Part shown: positions 30,506 to 38,995 of the stretch, in pieces
Layout of the letters: every line of letters starts with the position of its first letter
Position numbering within the stretch: the stretch's first letter is position 1
Virus record (IMG/VR): IMGVR_UViG_3300006086_000002
Source of the DNA: a virus
Direction: 5' to 3' (one strand)
DNA: 39,293 bases
Notes under the pieces: model-generated
Told to the model about the DNA's origin: nothing
Database searches by the model: none
What the model saw: only the letters and a program-made list of their open reading frames with translations
Made by a program: the position numbers and the translations under genes

Positions 30506-30810
30506 TGCTGGTTCCCACTGGGGATAGGCTTCTGGTGAGGCCGGATGAGAACATCGAACACGCCAGCGATTTGATTGTGATTGCCCCGAGGGATGGGGAG
30601 ATTGTGGAAAGTCAGAGACAGTTCGGCAGGCGAGGGACCGTGATTGCTACCGGTCCCGGCAAGCGTCTGAAGGACGGTTCCCGCGCTCCGATGAGTACCA
30701 ATGTAGGAGATACGGTGTATTTCGGGGAATTTATCAACCGGGAATACGAGGAAAACGGGGAACGGTTCTTTGTTATCTCTGAAGCAGACGTTACCGGCAT
30801 TGCTATCTGA
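30505..30810 (+). CDS. GroES/Cpn10-family co-chaperonin homolog
   Basis: MLVPTGDRLLVRP....RRGTVIATGPGKRLKDGSRAPMSTNVGDTVYFGE...ENGERFFVISEADVTGI parallels E. coli GroES IRPLHDRVIVKR...[34 protein letters not shown]...DNEEVLIMSESDILAI. There is a TGATG overlap at the start. Confidence 0.8.
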   Translation: MLVPTGDRLLVRPDENIEHASDLIVIAPRDGEIVESQRQFGRRGTVIATGPGKRLKDGSRAPMSTNVGDTVYFGEFINREYEENGERFFVISEADVTGIAI

Positions 30811-30833
30811 CGCGGAAAAGCAAAGGATCGTTT

Positions 30834-30929
30834 ATGACTATTTTCAGTGGTCTATCCTCATGGCTGGCGGCGGCGAAGACGAACTTGATCACCTGGTTCG
30901 CCAGTTTCAAGCAGAAATGGCTCAAGTAA
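30834..30929 (+). CDS. Possible small ORF (31 aa)
   Basis: RBS AAGGA lies 6 nt upstream. Product MTIFSGLSSWLAAAKTNLITWFASFKQKWLK (amphipathic). Confidence 0.3.
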   Translation: MTIFSGLSSWLAAAKTNLITWFASFKQKWLK

Positions 30930-30942
30930 GCACCGCACAATA

Positions 30943-31077
30943 ATGCCTCTCACCAAATCCAAGAGCGAAAAAGCCTTCAAAGGCAATATCCGCAAAGAGG
31001 TCAAAGCGGGTAAGCCTGTGAAACAAGCTGTCGCCATCGCCTACAGCGTCAAGCGCAAGGCTGGACGTAGTAAATAA
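30943..31077 (+). CDS. Small basic protein (44 aa)
   Basis: Product MPLTKSKSEKAFKGNIRKEVKAGKPVKQAVAIAYSVKRKAGRSK. The ..F..NI..E...GKP.KQAVAIAYS..R pattern recurs in small phage and bacterial proteins (recalled from memory, not checked). Confidence 0.5.
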   Translation: MPLTKSKSEKAFKGNIRKEVKAGKPVKQAVAIAYSVKRKAGRSK

Positions 31078-31114
31078 ACAACAGAATCAAATATTTACAA
31101 AACTCAAATAATCC

Positions 31115-31372
31115 ATGGCTACCCGGGGCAGACAGTTAGGTTCGCGCAACAAAACCAGGGCTTTGACCCTTGCGAGGGTGCCTAACGGCATCATGCCAAT
31201 CGAGTTCATGCTGGATGTCCTCAGAAACGAGGATGCCCCGATGGAGGAGCGCAAGTGGGCGGCTAATGCTGCTGCGCCCTATGTGCATCCCAGGCTATCT
31301 GCGGTTGAGGCGAAGGTGGATGTAGACGCGAAGGTAACGGAGATCCGCCGCACGATTGTGGACAATGTGTGA
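31115..31372 (+). CDS. terS: Terminase small subunit (probable)
   Basis: 85 aa directly upstream of and overlapping terL. PIEFMLDVLRNEDAPMEERKWAANAAAPYVHPRLSAVE matches the common small-terminase motif (..R..AA..AAPY.HP+L). Confidence 0.6.
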   Translation: MATRGRQLGSRNKTRALTLARVPNGIMPIEFMLDVLRNEDAPMEERKWAANAAAPYVHPRLSAVEAKVDVDAKVTEIRRTIVDNV

Positions 31373-32586
31373 TCCTCGATATCCCGACTCCGAGGGTATT
31401 CAAGCCGCTGCTCAATCCTGCCCGTTACAAGGGAGCTTATGGCGGGCGTGGTTCGGGAAAGTCTCATTTCTTTGCCCAGCTTGCAATCGAAGAGTCCATC
31501 CGCAGGAAGACGGACATTGTGTGTGTCCGGGAGAATCAGAAGTCTCTGGATCAGTCCGTCAAAAAGCTGCTGGAAAGCAAGATATCCGACATGAACGTCG
31601 GGGCGCACTTCGAGGTGCAGGACGCCAAGATAAAGAGCAAGAACGGGGGGATCATCATCTTCCAGGGGATGCAGAACCACACGGCCGAGTCAATCAAGTC
31701 GCTGGAAGGCTATAACGTGGCCTGGGTCGAGGAAGCTCAATCCCTGACGCAAAAGAGCCTGGACCTGCTCAGACCAACGATCCGCATGCCGGAATCCGAG
31801 TTGTGGTTTAGCTGGAATCCCAATTTCGCAACAGATCCAATAGACGTATTGCTGCGCAGCGAAATAACTCCTACTGGCGCCGTGGTGGTTGAGGTCAATT
31901 ACCGGGACAACCCGTGGTTCCCTGATGTGCTGCAAAAGGAGATGGAATATGACCGCTCCCGAGACCCGGACAAGTATGCCCACGTATGGCTGGGCGAGTA
32001 TCAGAGGAACAGCGAGAGTCGGGTATTCCGCAACTGGAAGGTTGAAGAGTTCGATGCAAAGCCCGGAACTGTCTTTAGGCTCGGGGCTGACTGGGGATTC
32101 TCGGTTGATCCCTCTGTGCTGGTTCGATGCTATATCGATGGCAACAGGCTTTACGTCGATTGGGAAGCCTATCAGGTAGGCTGCGAGATCGTGAACCTGC
32201 CGGACCTATTCATGAGCATCCCGGAGGCCGAGAAGTGGCCGATTACCGCAGATTCAGCCAGACCCGAGACGATCAGCCACATGAAAAAGCACGGGTTTCC
32301 TAGGATTTTACCGGCTATCAAGGGCGCAAAGAGCTTAGAGGATGGAATAGAGTTCCTAAAGTCCTATGACATCATCGTGCATCCACGCTGCCAGCATGTG
32401 ATTGACGAACTGACGATGTACAGTTACAAGACGGATCCCCTCACCAACCAGGTACTGCCGCAGCTAGCCGATAAGGACAATCATTGCATTGATGCGCTGC
32501 GGTATGCATGTGAGGGAGCCAGGAGGGGGATTGTTAAGCGTCCGATCGCGCCACGACCGGTTTCTCATGCTGTATGGGCTGGATGA
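31369..32586 (+). CDS. terL: Terminase large subunit (PBSX/Terminase_3-like)
   Basis: Walker A (YGGRGSGKSHFFA), Walker B-like (NVAWVEEAQSL), and nuclease-domain motifs GADWGFSVDPS and DKDNHCIDALRY. GTG start overlaps the terS stop. Confidence 0.92.
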   Translation: MILDIPTPRVFKPLLNPARYKGAYGGRGSGKSHFFAQLAIEESIRRKTDIVCVRENQKSLDQSVKKLLESKISDMNVGAHFEVQDAKIKSKNGGIIIFQGMQNHTAESIKSLEGYNVAWVEEAQSLTQKSLDLLRPTIRMPESELWFSWNPNFATDPIDVLLRSEITPTGAVVVEVNYRDNPWFPDVLQKEMEYDRSRDPDKYAHVWLGEYQRNSESRVFRNWKVEEFDAKPGTVFRLGADWGFSVDPSVLVRCYIDGNRLYVDWEAYQVGCEIVNLPDLFMSIPEAEKWPITADSARPETISHMKKHGFPRILPAIKGAKSLEDGIEFLKSYDIIVHPRCQHVIDELTMYSYKTDPLTNQVLPQLADKDNHCIDALRYACEGARRGIVKRPIAPRPVSHAVWAG

Positions 32587-32813
32587 TGAAACTAAAATTC
32601 ATGGACATGCCAATCATTTCCCTTACCGCTACATCTAATGGGGTGCTTGTTTCGATTGGGAACTATGGTTGTGCCGCTGGGAAAGTGCCTACGACATTAG
32701 TTTTCAACGATATTGGCTATGGATCTATTGGTGGGGATGACGGGCACGAAACGCTGGTGAGTTGGCTAATGCGGTATTACCAGGACAACGAGGACAAAGA
32801 TGCTAAAGCTTGA
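32583..32813 (+). CDS. Hypothetical protein
   Basis: The ATG at 32583 overlaps the terL stop (ATGA). The track start 32574 is in frame upstream. Confidence 0.5.
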   Translation: MMKLKFMDMPIISLTATSNGVLVSIGNYGCAAGKVPTTLVFNDIGYGSIGGDDGHETLVSWLMRYYQDNEDKDAKA

Positions 32814-33267
32814 AGAGGTAGTGATTGACGAGTTCTTTGCCAACCAGCGCATGCCGCACGGGGTTCGCATCCGGCACATTGCGACGGGCATCCAGATCGA
32901 GGGGAACTGTGCCAGCGAGGCGAGCAAAGGCCAGCTGATTGATACGCTGATGACGAAGCTCTCTCAATTTGTCCCCGCAACGAGCCAGGAAGAGCATGGC
33001 AGGCCGACAGCGGATAACACCGACTTGCAGCGCCAAGTATGGGAGTTGCAGGCGCAGTTAGCCGCGTTGACTGGAAAGCAGGTAACTCCGAAGAAGCGTG
33101 GAAGGCCCGCGAAGGCCAAGACCGTTGAAGTCCTGTCGCCTGCGGGATACAGCGTGCTGGACCCGAGCAAAGTGCAGCCTCCTGCGGCTACGTTTGTCCA
33201 GGAGACGCGCAGTTTCAAGCCGCCGCAGACGGTTGCGGTTAGCCATGTGAAGGATATTGCCGCGTGA
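32800..33267 (+). CDS. Hypothetical protein
   Basis: 155-aa ORF between the terminase and portal genes. Confidence 0.55.
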   Translation: MLKLEEVVIDEFFANQRMPHGVRIRHIATGIQIEGNCASEASKGQLIDTLMTKLSQFVPATSQEEHGRPTADNTDLQRQVWELQAQLAALTGKQVTPKKRGRPAKAKTVEVLSPAGYSVLDPSKVQPPAATFVQETRSFKPPQTVAVSHVKDIAA

Positions 33268-33551
33268 GTTGGATATCCGGCCTGGAGCATGAGGCGATCT
33301 GCACGCAGCTACGCGATGAGATTGCCCGGCTCCGCACCGGACTCGATTACGAGATCCATGCGCATAGGGACGATATTGAAGCGGTTAAGAGATCGTTAAT
33401 TGACCGGTTCCAAGCGGCACAGAACGAGATCGAGCACTGGAAGCAAAAGGAAGCGCAGCAGAACCGCAGGCGCATCTTGGCAGAGGAAGAGGCTGCGGCT
33501 TATCTGGAACAGTTGCACTCGCTAAAGGCAAAGCATGAGCGTCGCGCGTGA
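33264..33551 (+). CDS. Hypothetical coiled-coil protein
   Basis: 95-aa ORF rich in charged heptads, with a GTGA overlap. Confidence 0.55.
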   Translation: MSWISGLEHEAICTQLRDEIARLRTGLDYEIHAHRDDIEAVKRSLIDRFQAAQNEIEHWKQKEAQQNRRRILAEEEAAAYLEQLHSLKAKHERRA

Positions 33552-33711
33552 GGTTGATTTGCTGGGCGAGTTCTACGATGCATGGGTCAAGCTGCATCGG
33601 CGTCGGCATGAGAAGGCTGAACGCGAGGAATTGGAAGGGCTGGCACAGGACTTGCTAGAGGCGCATACTGCGGTGGAAACTTATAGGAAGCGAAATGCCA
33701 GAAAGCACTGA
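33535..33711 (+). CDS. Possible small protein (58 aa)
   Basis: Product MSVAREVDLLGEFYDAWVKLHRRRHEKAEREELEGLAQDLLEAHTAVETYRKRNARKH. It fills the gap between 33551 and 33695 and is below the track cutoff. Confidence 0.4.
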   Translation: MSVAREVDLLGEFYDAWVKLHRRRHEKAEREELEGLAQDLLEAHTAVETYRKRNARKH

Positions 33712-34180
33712 TATCCCGCAGGCGTTAATTGAAATGCTGGACTATGACTCAATCACTGGCGATTTCACATGGAAGAGTGATGGAGCGGTGGCTGGCTCTA
33801 ACGCTGGTCGTGGGTATCTGAAAATTGGTCATCGGGGCAGGAAATACTATTGCCATCGCCTTGCATGGGAGATGACCTACGGCGCGATTCCTGACGGCAT
33901 GTTAATCGACCATATCGACGGGAATAAATCAGACAACAGCATCGCCAATCTGAGGCTTGCTACAAAATCTCAGAATGGATGCAATAGCAAACTGAACAGT
34001 AAGAATAAATGCGGCCTCAAGGGAGTGTCATGGTTTCCTCCAATGAAGGCATGGGCAGTAGAAATTAGGATTGGGGATAAGAGGCTTCGCTTGGGATATT
34101 ATCCGAGCAAATATATGGCCCACAACGCATACCGTTTTGCTGCGGGCATAGTTCATAAGGAATTTGCCCGCCATGTCTGA
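33695..34180 (+). CDS. HNH homing endonuclease with AP2-type DNA-binding domain
   Basis: CHRLAWEMTYGAIPDGMLIDHIDGNKSDNSIANLRLATKSQN is an HNH motif. GLKGVSWFPPMKAWAVEIRIGDKRLRLGYYPSKYMAHNAYRFAA is AP2-like. The segment is A/T-rich and lies between terL and the portal gene. Confidence 0.85.
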   Translation: MPESTDIPQALIEMLDYDSITGDFTWKSDGAVAGSNAGRGYLKIGHRGRKYYCHRLAWEMTYGAIPDGMLIDHIDGNKSDNSIANLRLATKSQNGCNSKLNSKNKCGLKGVSWFPPMKAWAVEIRIGDKRLRLGYYPSKYMAHNAYRFAAGIVHKEFARHV

Positions 34181-36269
34181 TTCTTCCGATGTTGTTCTAG
34201 AAGCGGTTGAATTTCTCCGCAAGTCTAGTGATGCTGACTCCACCAACAGGTCCGAAGAGATGGAGGATCTGCGTTTTTCATATGGTGACCAGTGGAGTCA
34301 AACCATGCAAAATCAGAGGATATTAGAAAAACGTCCATTCTTCGTCATCAACGAGACGGAAACTTATATCCGCCAGATCACCAACCAGATCCGCCAGCAG
34401 CGTCCTCGGATCAAGGTTCACGGCATCAACAACTCGGCGGATGCCAAGATCGCGGAGATTATTACCGGGGTCACGAGGCATATCGAGCAGATCAGCGATG
34501 CGGATACCGCCTATGACACGGCCATGGAGTTCGCTGTCCGTATTGGTCGCGGGTATCTAAGGCTGACAGCGGATTACACGAACGATAAGAGCATGGATCA
34601 GGACATCCTCATCCAGCCGGTATTTAACCCGTTCACGGTCTATTTCGATCCCAATTCCATGCTGCCCGATGGCTCGGATGCCGAGGCTGCGCTAATCACG
34701 GATCTCGTGCCTAAAAAGGACTTTGAGCGGCTGTATCCCGATCAGGACATGACGGCATTCAATGCTCGGGCGACGGGTGATGTAACGGCGGAGTGGATCA
34801 CCAAAGACACCATCCGGGTGGCCGAGTTTTACAAGATCAACCAGCAAAAGCGCAAACTCATTCAGTTGACGGGCGGAGCGATCTACTGGGATGACGAGGT
34901 TCCAGACCTTGGCCTGATGGCGAAACACGGAATCAAGGTGAAAGGGGAAAGACCTTCCTGGCGCAAGCAGGTGTGCTGGTACAAGGTGACCGGCGTTAGC
35001 GTCCTCGAAGAGAGAGTGTTGCCTGGAAGATACATCCCTATCGTGCCGTTTTATGGCGCGCACATGATTGTTGATGGACGAACCTACCGATTTGGCGTGG
35101 TTCGAGCGGCCAAAGACCCTCAGCGGATGCTCAACTTCTGGCAGACGGCTGTGACGGAGCTAATCGCCCTGGCCCCGAAAGCGAAGACTGCCCTTGCAAT
35201 GGGCATGGATACCGGGTTTGAGGATGAGTGGGCGCAGGCAAACGTCAAATCCCTGCCAGTGTTGCATTACAACCACAAAGATGACGCTGGCGAGCCATAT
35301 CCGGCCCCCATGCCGATTGGGCAGTCTCCCGTACCGGAAGGGGCGATGGCTGCTGCGGAGGCCGCGCACAACAACCTACAGCGCGTGCTAGGCATGTTTG
35401 ACCCGGCGATGAATGCTCCAGGGAACCAGAGCGGGAAAGCCCTCAATTCCATGCAGCAGCAATCGGATATGAGCAATTTCCACTTCTATGACAATGGAAC
35501 GCGCTCGATCAAGCATGTGGGGAGAATCATTCTTAGCTGGCTGCCGACCTATTACGGCGAGAAGCGCGTCCTGCGGATCATTGGCGAGGATGGCAAGCCT
35601 GACACGATCACGATCAACGACACGGACGCTATTGGCAAGATCGAGAACGACCTGACCGTTGGCGAGTATGACGTGGTGATGGAAACCGGGCCGGGATACA
35701 ACTCCAAGCGCGAAGAGGGCGCGGAGATGATCGCGGCGATGGTGAAAGCTGACCCACAACTCATGCAGATTGCCGGGGATTTGCTGTTCCGCAACATGGA
35801 CTGGCCTGGGGCTGACATTATTGCCGACCGCCTGGCTGCTGCCAACCCGCTGGCGCAGATCGACGATAAGAGCGACATCCCCCCGCGTGCGCAGATGATG
35901 ATCAAGCAGCTTCAAACGCAGTTGCAGCAGGCTGGACAGCAGTTGCAGACGATGGGCCTTGCGCAGAAGTTCCAAGCGCATGTCGTGGCTGAGAAGGAGA
36001 TTGCCGAGACGCATCGTCAGGAACTCAAAGAGGATCGAGAAGACAAGCGCCGGGCCATGGAGAACGAGAGCTATGCCCACGAGATCCATACCAAAGCCCT
36101 TACGAGCCTTGGGGTCGCAGAGATCAACGGGATTATCCAGATCCTTACGAAGCACCTAGAGGCCGGAGAGAACGCCAAGGATCACGAGCGAGCGAAGGAG
36201 TTGGCAACGATTGAGCATGCGGCGGCCATGGAACAGGCTACTGCGGTTAATAACACCCCGGAGGATTAA
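34173..36269 (+). CDS. Portal protein (P22 gp1-like)
   Basis: [20 protein letters not shown] vs P22 [56 protein letters not shown] vs [36 protein letters not shown]. Like P22 gp1, it has a long helical Q/A-rich C-terminal barrel. I prefer ATG 34173 to TTG 34164. Confidence 0.92.
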   Translation: [698 protein letters not shown]

Positions 36270-37073
36270 ATGGCTGTTGTTCTAGTTTCCAACGAGAAGA
36301 CGGAAGAGCCCAAAGTTGAAGAAGTCGCCGCTCCCGAGCCCGAAAAGAAGGACAAGCACGCTCCCAGCGAAAGAATCTCGACCCTTGCCGCCCAGCGCCG
36401 CGAAGCTCTTGCTGAGGCTGCCGAGGCCAAAAAGGAGCGAGATGAACTAAAGAAGAGACTCGATGCGATTGAGAACAAGGCGTCAGAGGACGAGCCGAAG
36501 CCCGATAAATTCACCGACGCTGTGGAGTTTGGTAAGGCTTATGGCAAATGGCTTGCAGCCAAAGAGCGAAAAGAGGATCAGGCCCGGAACGCTGCGGAAA
36601 GAGAACAGGCTGAGCAAAAGAAGCTGATTGACTCCTGGAACAAGCGTTACACGAAGGTTGCACGGGAATATGAGGATTTCGAGGAAGTCATGGCGGATAA
36701 ACTCGAAATCGCCCATGGCACGGTCATTGACGCGATCATGGAAAGTGATATCGGGCCGCACATCAATTATTATCTATCGAAGAATCGAGAGGAAGCCGAG
36801 AAAATCAACGAAATGGGCGTTAAAGCAGCCCTGAAGTACCTGGGCAGGATCGAGGCGAGGATTGAATCCGAACTTGAATCGAAGGCTGAGGCAAGAAAGG
36901 CGGCTAAGGATGAGGATGGAACGCCGCGCCGCCGCCTACCGGAGCCTCCTGCGCCGATTAATCCTGTTCGCGGCATTGGCGCTACTGGCCTTGGCAACGT
37001 GGATTCATCGGGAAATGTGACTAATGCCAGGGCATTTAAGCAGGAAATGCGCAAAAAGATGTATGGCTACTAG
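36270..37073 (+). CDS. Scaffolding protein (probable)
   Basis: 267 aa, highly charged Glu/Lys/Ala-rich helical sequence located between the portal and coat genes. RBS GGAGGA upstream. Confidence 0.75.
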   Translation: MAVVLVSNEKTEEPKVEEVAAPEPEKKDKHAPSERISTLAAQRREALAEAAEAKKERDELKKRLDAIENKASEDEPKPDKFTDAVEFGKAYGKWLAAKERKEDQARNAAEREQAEQKKLIDSWNKRYTKVAREYEDFEEVMADKLEIAHGTVIDAIMESDIGPHINYYLSKNREEAEKINEMGVKAALKYLGRIEARIESELESKAEARKAAKDEDGTPRRRLPEPPAPINPVRGIGATGLGNVDSSGNVTNARAFKQEMRKKMYGY

Positions 37074-37235
37074 ACATGTAAGAAATACAGTGGTATTTTA
37101 GCCACTAATGCAATTCCCGCCGCCTGGAGTGTTATCCAGGACGATTAGCCCCCGCTAGGGGCGCATACCGCGTGAATCCTCCATGAGAGTTAGAGGGCTG
37201 TTGGTTGGCCTTCTTTCAACTTTTGTGGAGATGAC

Positions 37236-38501
37236 ATGAGCAACAATCTGCTTACCATCTCCAAGATCACCAACCTGGCGTTGATGGTCTTGGAGAACGA
37301 GCTTACCTTCGCCAGCGAAGTCAATCGAGACTATGACGACCAGTTTGCGGTTTCTGGAGCGAAGATCGGTAACACGGTCAACGTCCGCCGTCCTGGCCGC
37401 TTCATCGGCACGACCGGCCCGGCGCTCAACGTTGAGGACTTCAACGAGACGAGCATCCCGGTTGTCCTGACGACCCAATTCCACGTTGATTGCCAGTTCA
37501 TCACGCAGGACATGGCCCTTAGCATGGATCTCTTCGGGGACCGTGTTCTCAAGCCCGCCATCGCTGCGGTTGCGAACCGCGTGGACCGTGACGGCCTCCT
37601 GATGGCTAAGAACAACACGGCGAATATCGTCGGTGTTCCCGGCACCCGTCCGACTGGTCTTCTGACCTACCTCACCGCTGCTGCCTACGTTGATTCGGAA
37701 GGTGGCCCGCGTGACGGTCGGCGTGCGGTGGTGATCGAGCCCTTTACGTCTGCGGTCATCGTTGACTCGATCAAGGGTCTGTTTGTCCCGCAGGAAGCCA
37801 TTGGCGAGCAGTATCGCAAGGGCCTGATGGGGCGTGACTCTGGCGGGATGAACTGGAAGATGGACCAGAACGTGATTGCTCATACCTTCGGGTCCTGGGC
37901 TACCACGGCTGGCACGCTGACGGCCAACACCTCGGGCGCTTTCACGGGCTCGCTGGCGACTGGATGGGCTGCTACCTCGACCATCACCCTGACCAACTCG
38001 CAGACTCTGACGCTCAACCAGGGCGACACGATCCAGATTGCGGGTGTGTTTGCGGCGAACCCGCAGAACCGTCAGACTTACGGCGGCAACATCCTGCGTT
38101 CATTTGTCGTGACGCAAACCGTTACGGCTACGGCTGGTACGTTCTCGGTCACCGTTACCCCGGCGATCATCACGGGCGGCCAGTTCCAGAACGTCGTGGT
38201 GGGATCGACTTCGGCTACGGCTACGGTTACCCCGCTCTCGATTGCTGGTACGACTGCAACGGCGGTTGTTTCTCCGCAGAACGTTCTTTTCCATCGGAAT
38301 GCGTACACCCTTGCGGTGGCCGATCTTCCGGTGCCTGAGGGCGTTGACTTTGCGGGCCGGGCAAGTGACGAGGAGACTGGGCTTTCGCTGCGGATCGTGC
38401 GTCAATACACGATCAACAACGACGCGCTGCCGACTCGTATTGAAATCCTCTACGGCTGGGCGCCGCTCTATCAAGAGCTTGCCTGCCGCATCGCCGCTTA
38501 A
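37236..38501 (+). CDS. Major capsid (coat) protein, P22 gp5-like family
   Basis: The N-terminus ITNLALMVLENELTFASEVNRDYDDQFAVSGAKIGNTVNVRRPGRF fits the P22-coat family signature (..AL..LEN.L.....V.RDY...F....G.T..IR.P.+F). RBS GGAGA upstream and the position follows the scaffold gene. Confidence 0.9.
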   Translation: MSNNLLTISKITNLALMVLENELTFASEVNRDYDDQFAVSGAKIGNTVNVRRPGRFIGTTGPALNVEDFNETSIPVVLTTQFHVDCQFITQDMALSMDLFGDRVLKPAIAAVANRVDRDGLLMAKNNTANIVGVPGTRPTGLLTYLTAAAYVDSEGGPRDGRRAVVIEPFTSAVIVDSIKGLFVPQEAIGEQYRKGLMGRDSGGMNWKMDQNVIAHTFGSWATTAGTLTANTSGAFTGSLATGWAATSTITLTNSQTLTLNQGDTIQIAGVFAANPQNRQTYGGNILRSFVVTQTVTATAGTFSVTVTPAIITGGQFQNVVVGSTSATATVTPLSIAGTTATAVVSPQNVLFHRNAYTLAVADLPVPEGVDFAGRASDEETGLSLRIVRQYTINNDALPTRIEILYGWAPLYQELACRIAA

Positions 38502-38510
38502 GGAGAAATC

Positions 38511-38948
38511 ATGGCGAATCCCGGACCTGCTTCTTCGAGTTTTGGCAATTTCGTAATTGACCAGCAAAACGCCTATCGTCTGATGGCGTTTGCCAAGGGT
38601 GTGAACCTCTCGGCTGCTGGCGATACCCTGATGAACGTCGTCACCACTGGGAACTGGGCTCCTGCGACAGTCGTTACCTGCAACAGCAACAGCTCTGTCC
38701 CGAACGTCGCCGCTGCCACCGTGGGGGTATATTCCGCCCCCGCGCAAGGCGGCACGACGGTCCTGACCACGGCTGCGCTGACGGGTCAGACGACCAGCGC
38801 ATTTACCTATATCCGTGCGGCCACGAACCCCGCAACTGGAATCTCCACGCCTCAGCTTTATGTGAACGTGGGCACTACGGTCGCTGCGGTTGGTGGCGTC
38901 AATGCGACGACGGATATTCTGGTGTACGGCTACGATCTCCAGTCCTAA
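38511..38948 (+). CDS. Hypothetical head-module protein (possible decoration protein); homologous to the C-terminal module of 4496..6844
   Basis: 145 aa with RBS AAGGAG upstream. AYRLMAFAKGVNLSAAGDT...VGVYSAPAQGGTTVL...LTGQ...QLYVNVGTT...TDILVYGYDL aligns with ANRLIGQLRGANFNVTTDQ...GGFYTGAGKTGTTLV...LTGAG...QPIYFSLTTG...ADIYVFGRDL. Confidence 0.65.
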   Translation: MANPGPASSSFGNFVIDQQNAYRLMAFAKGVNLSAAGDTLMNVVTTGNWAPATVVTCNSNSSVPNVAAATVGVYSAPAQGGTTVLTTAALTGQTTSAFTYIRAATNPATGISTPQLYVNVGTTVAAVGGVNATTDILVYGYDLQS

Positions 38949-38960
38949 TACCTCCCCTTC

Positions 38961-38985
38961 CCCCCGGTCATCCGGGGGATTTTTT
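38961..38985 (+). terminator. Rho-independent terminator after the coat operon segment
   Basis: CCCCCGG-tcat-CCGGGGG (7 bp) is followed by ATTTTTT. Confidence 0.8.
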
Positions 38986-38995
38986 GGAGATATAA

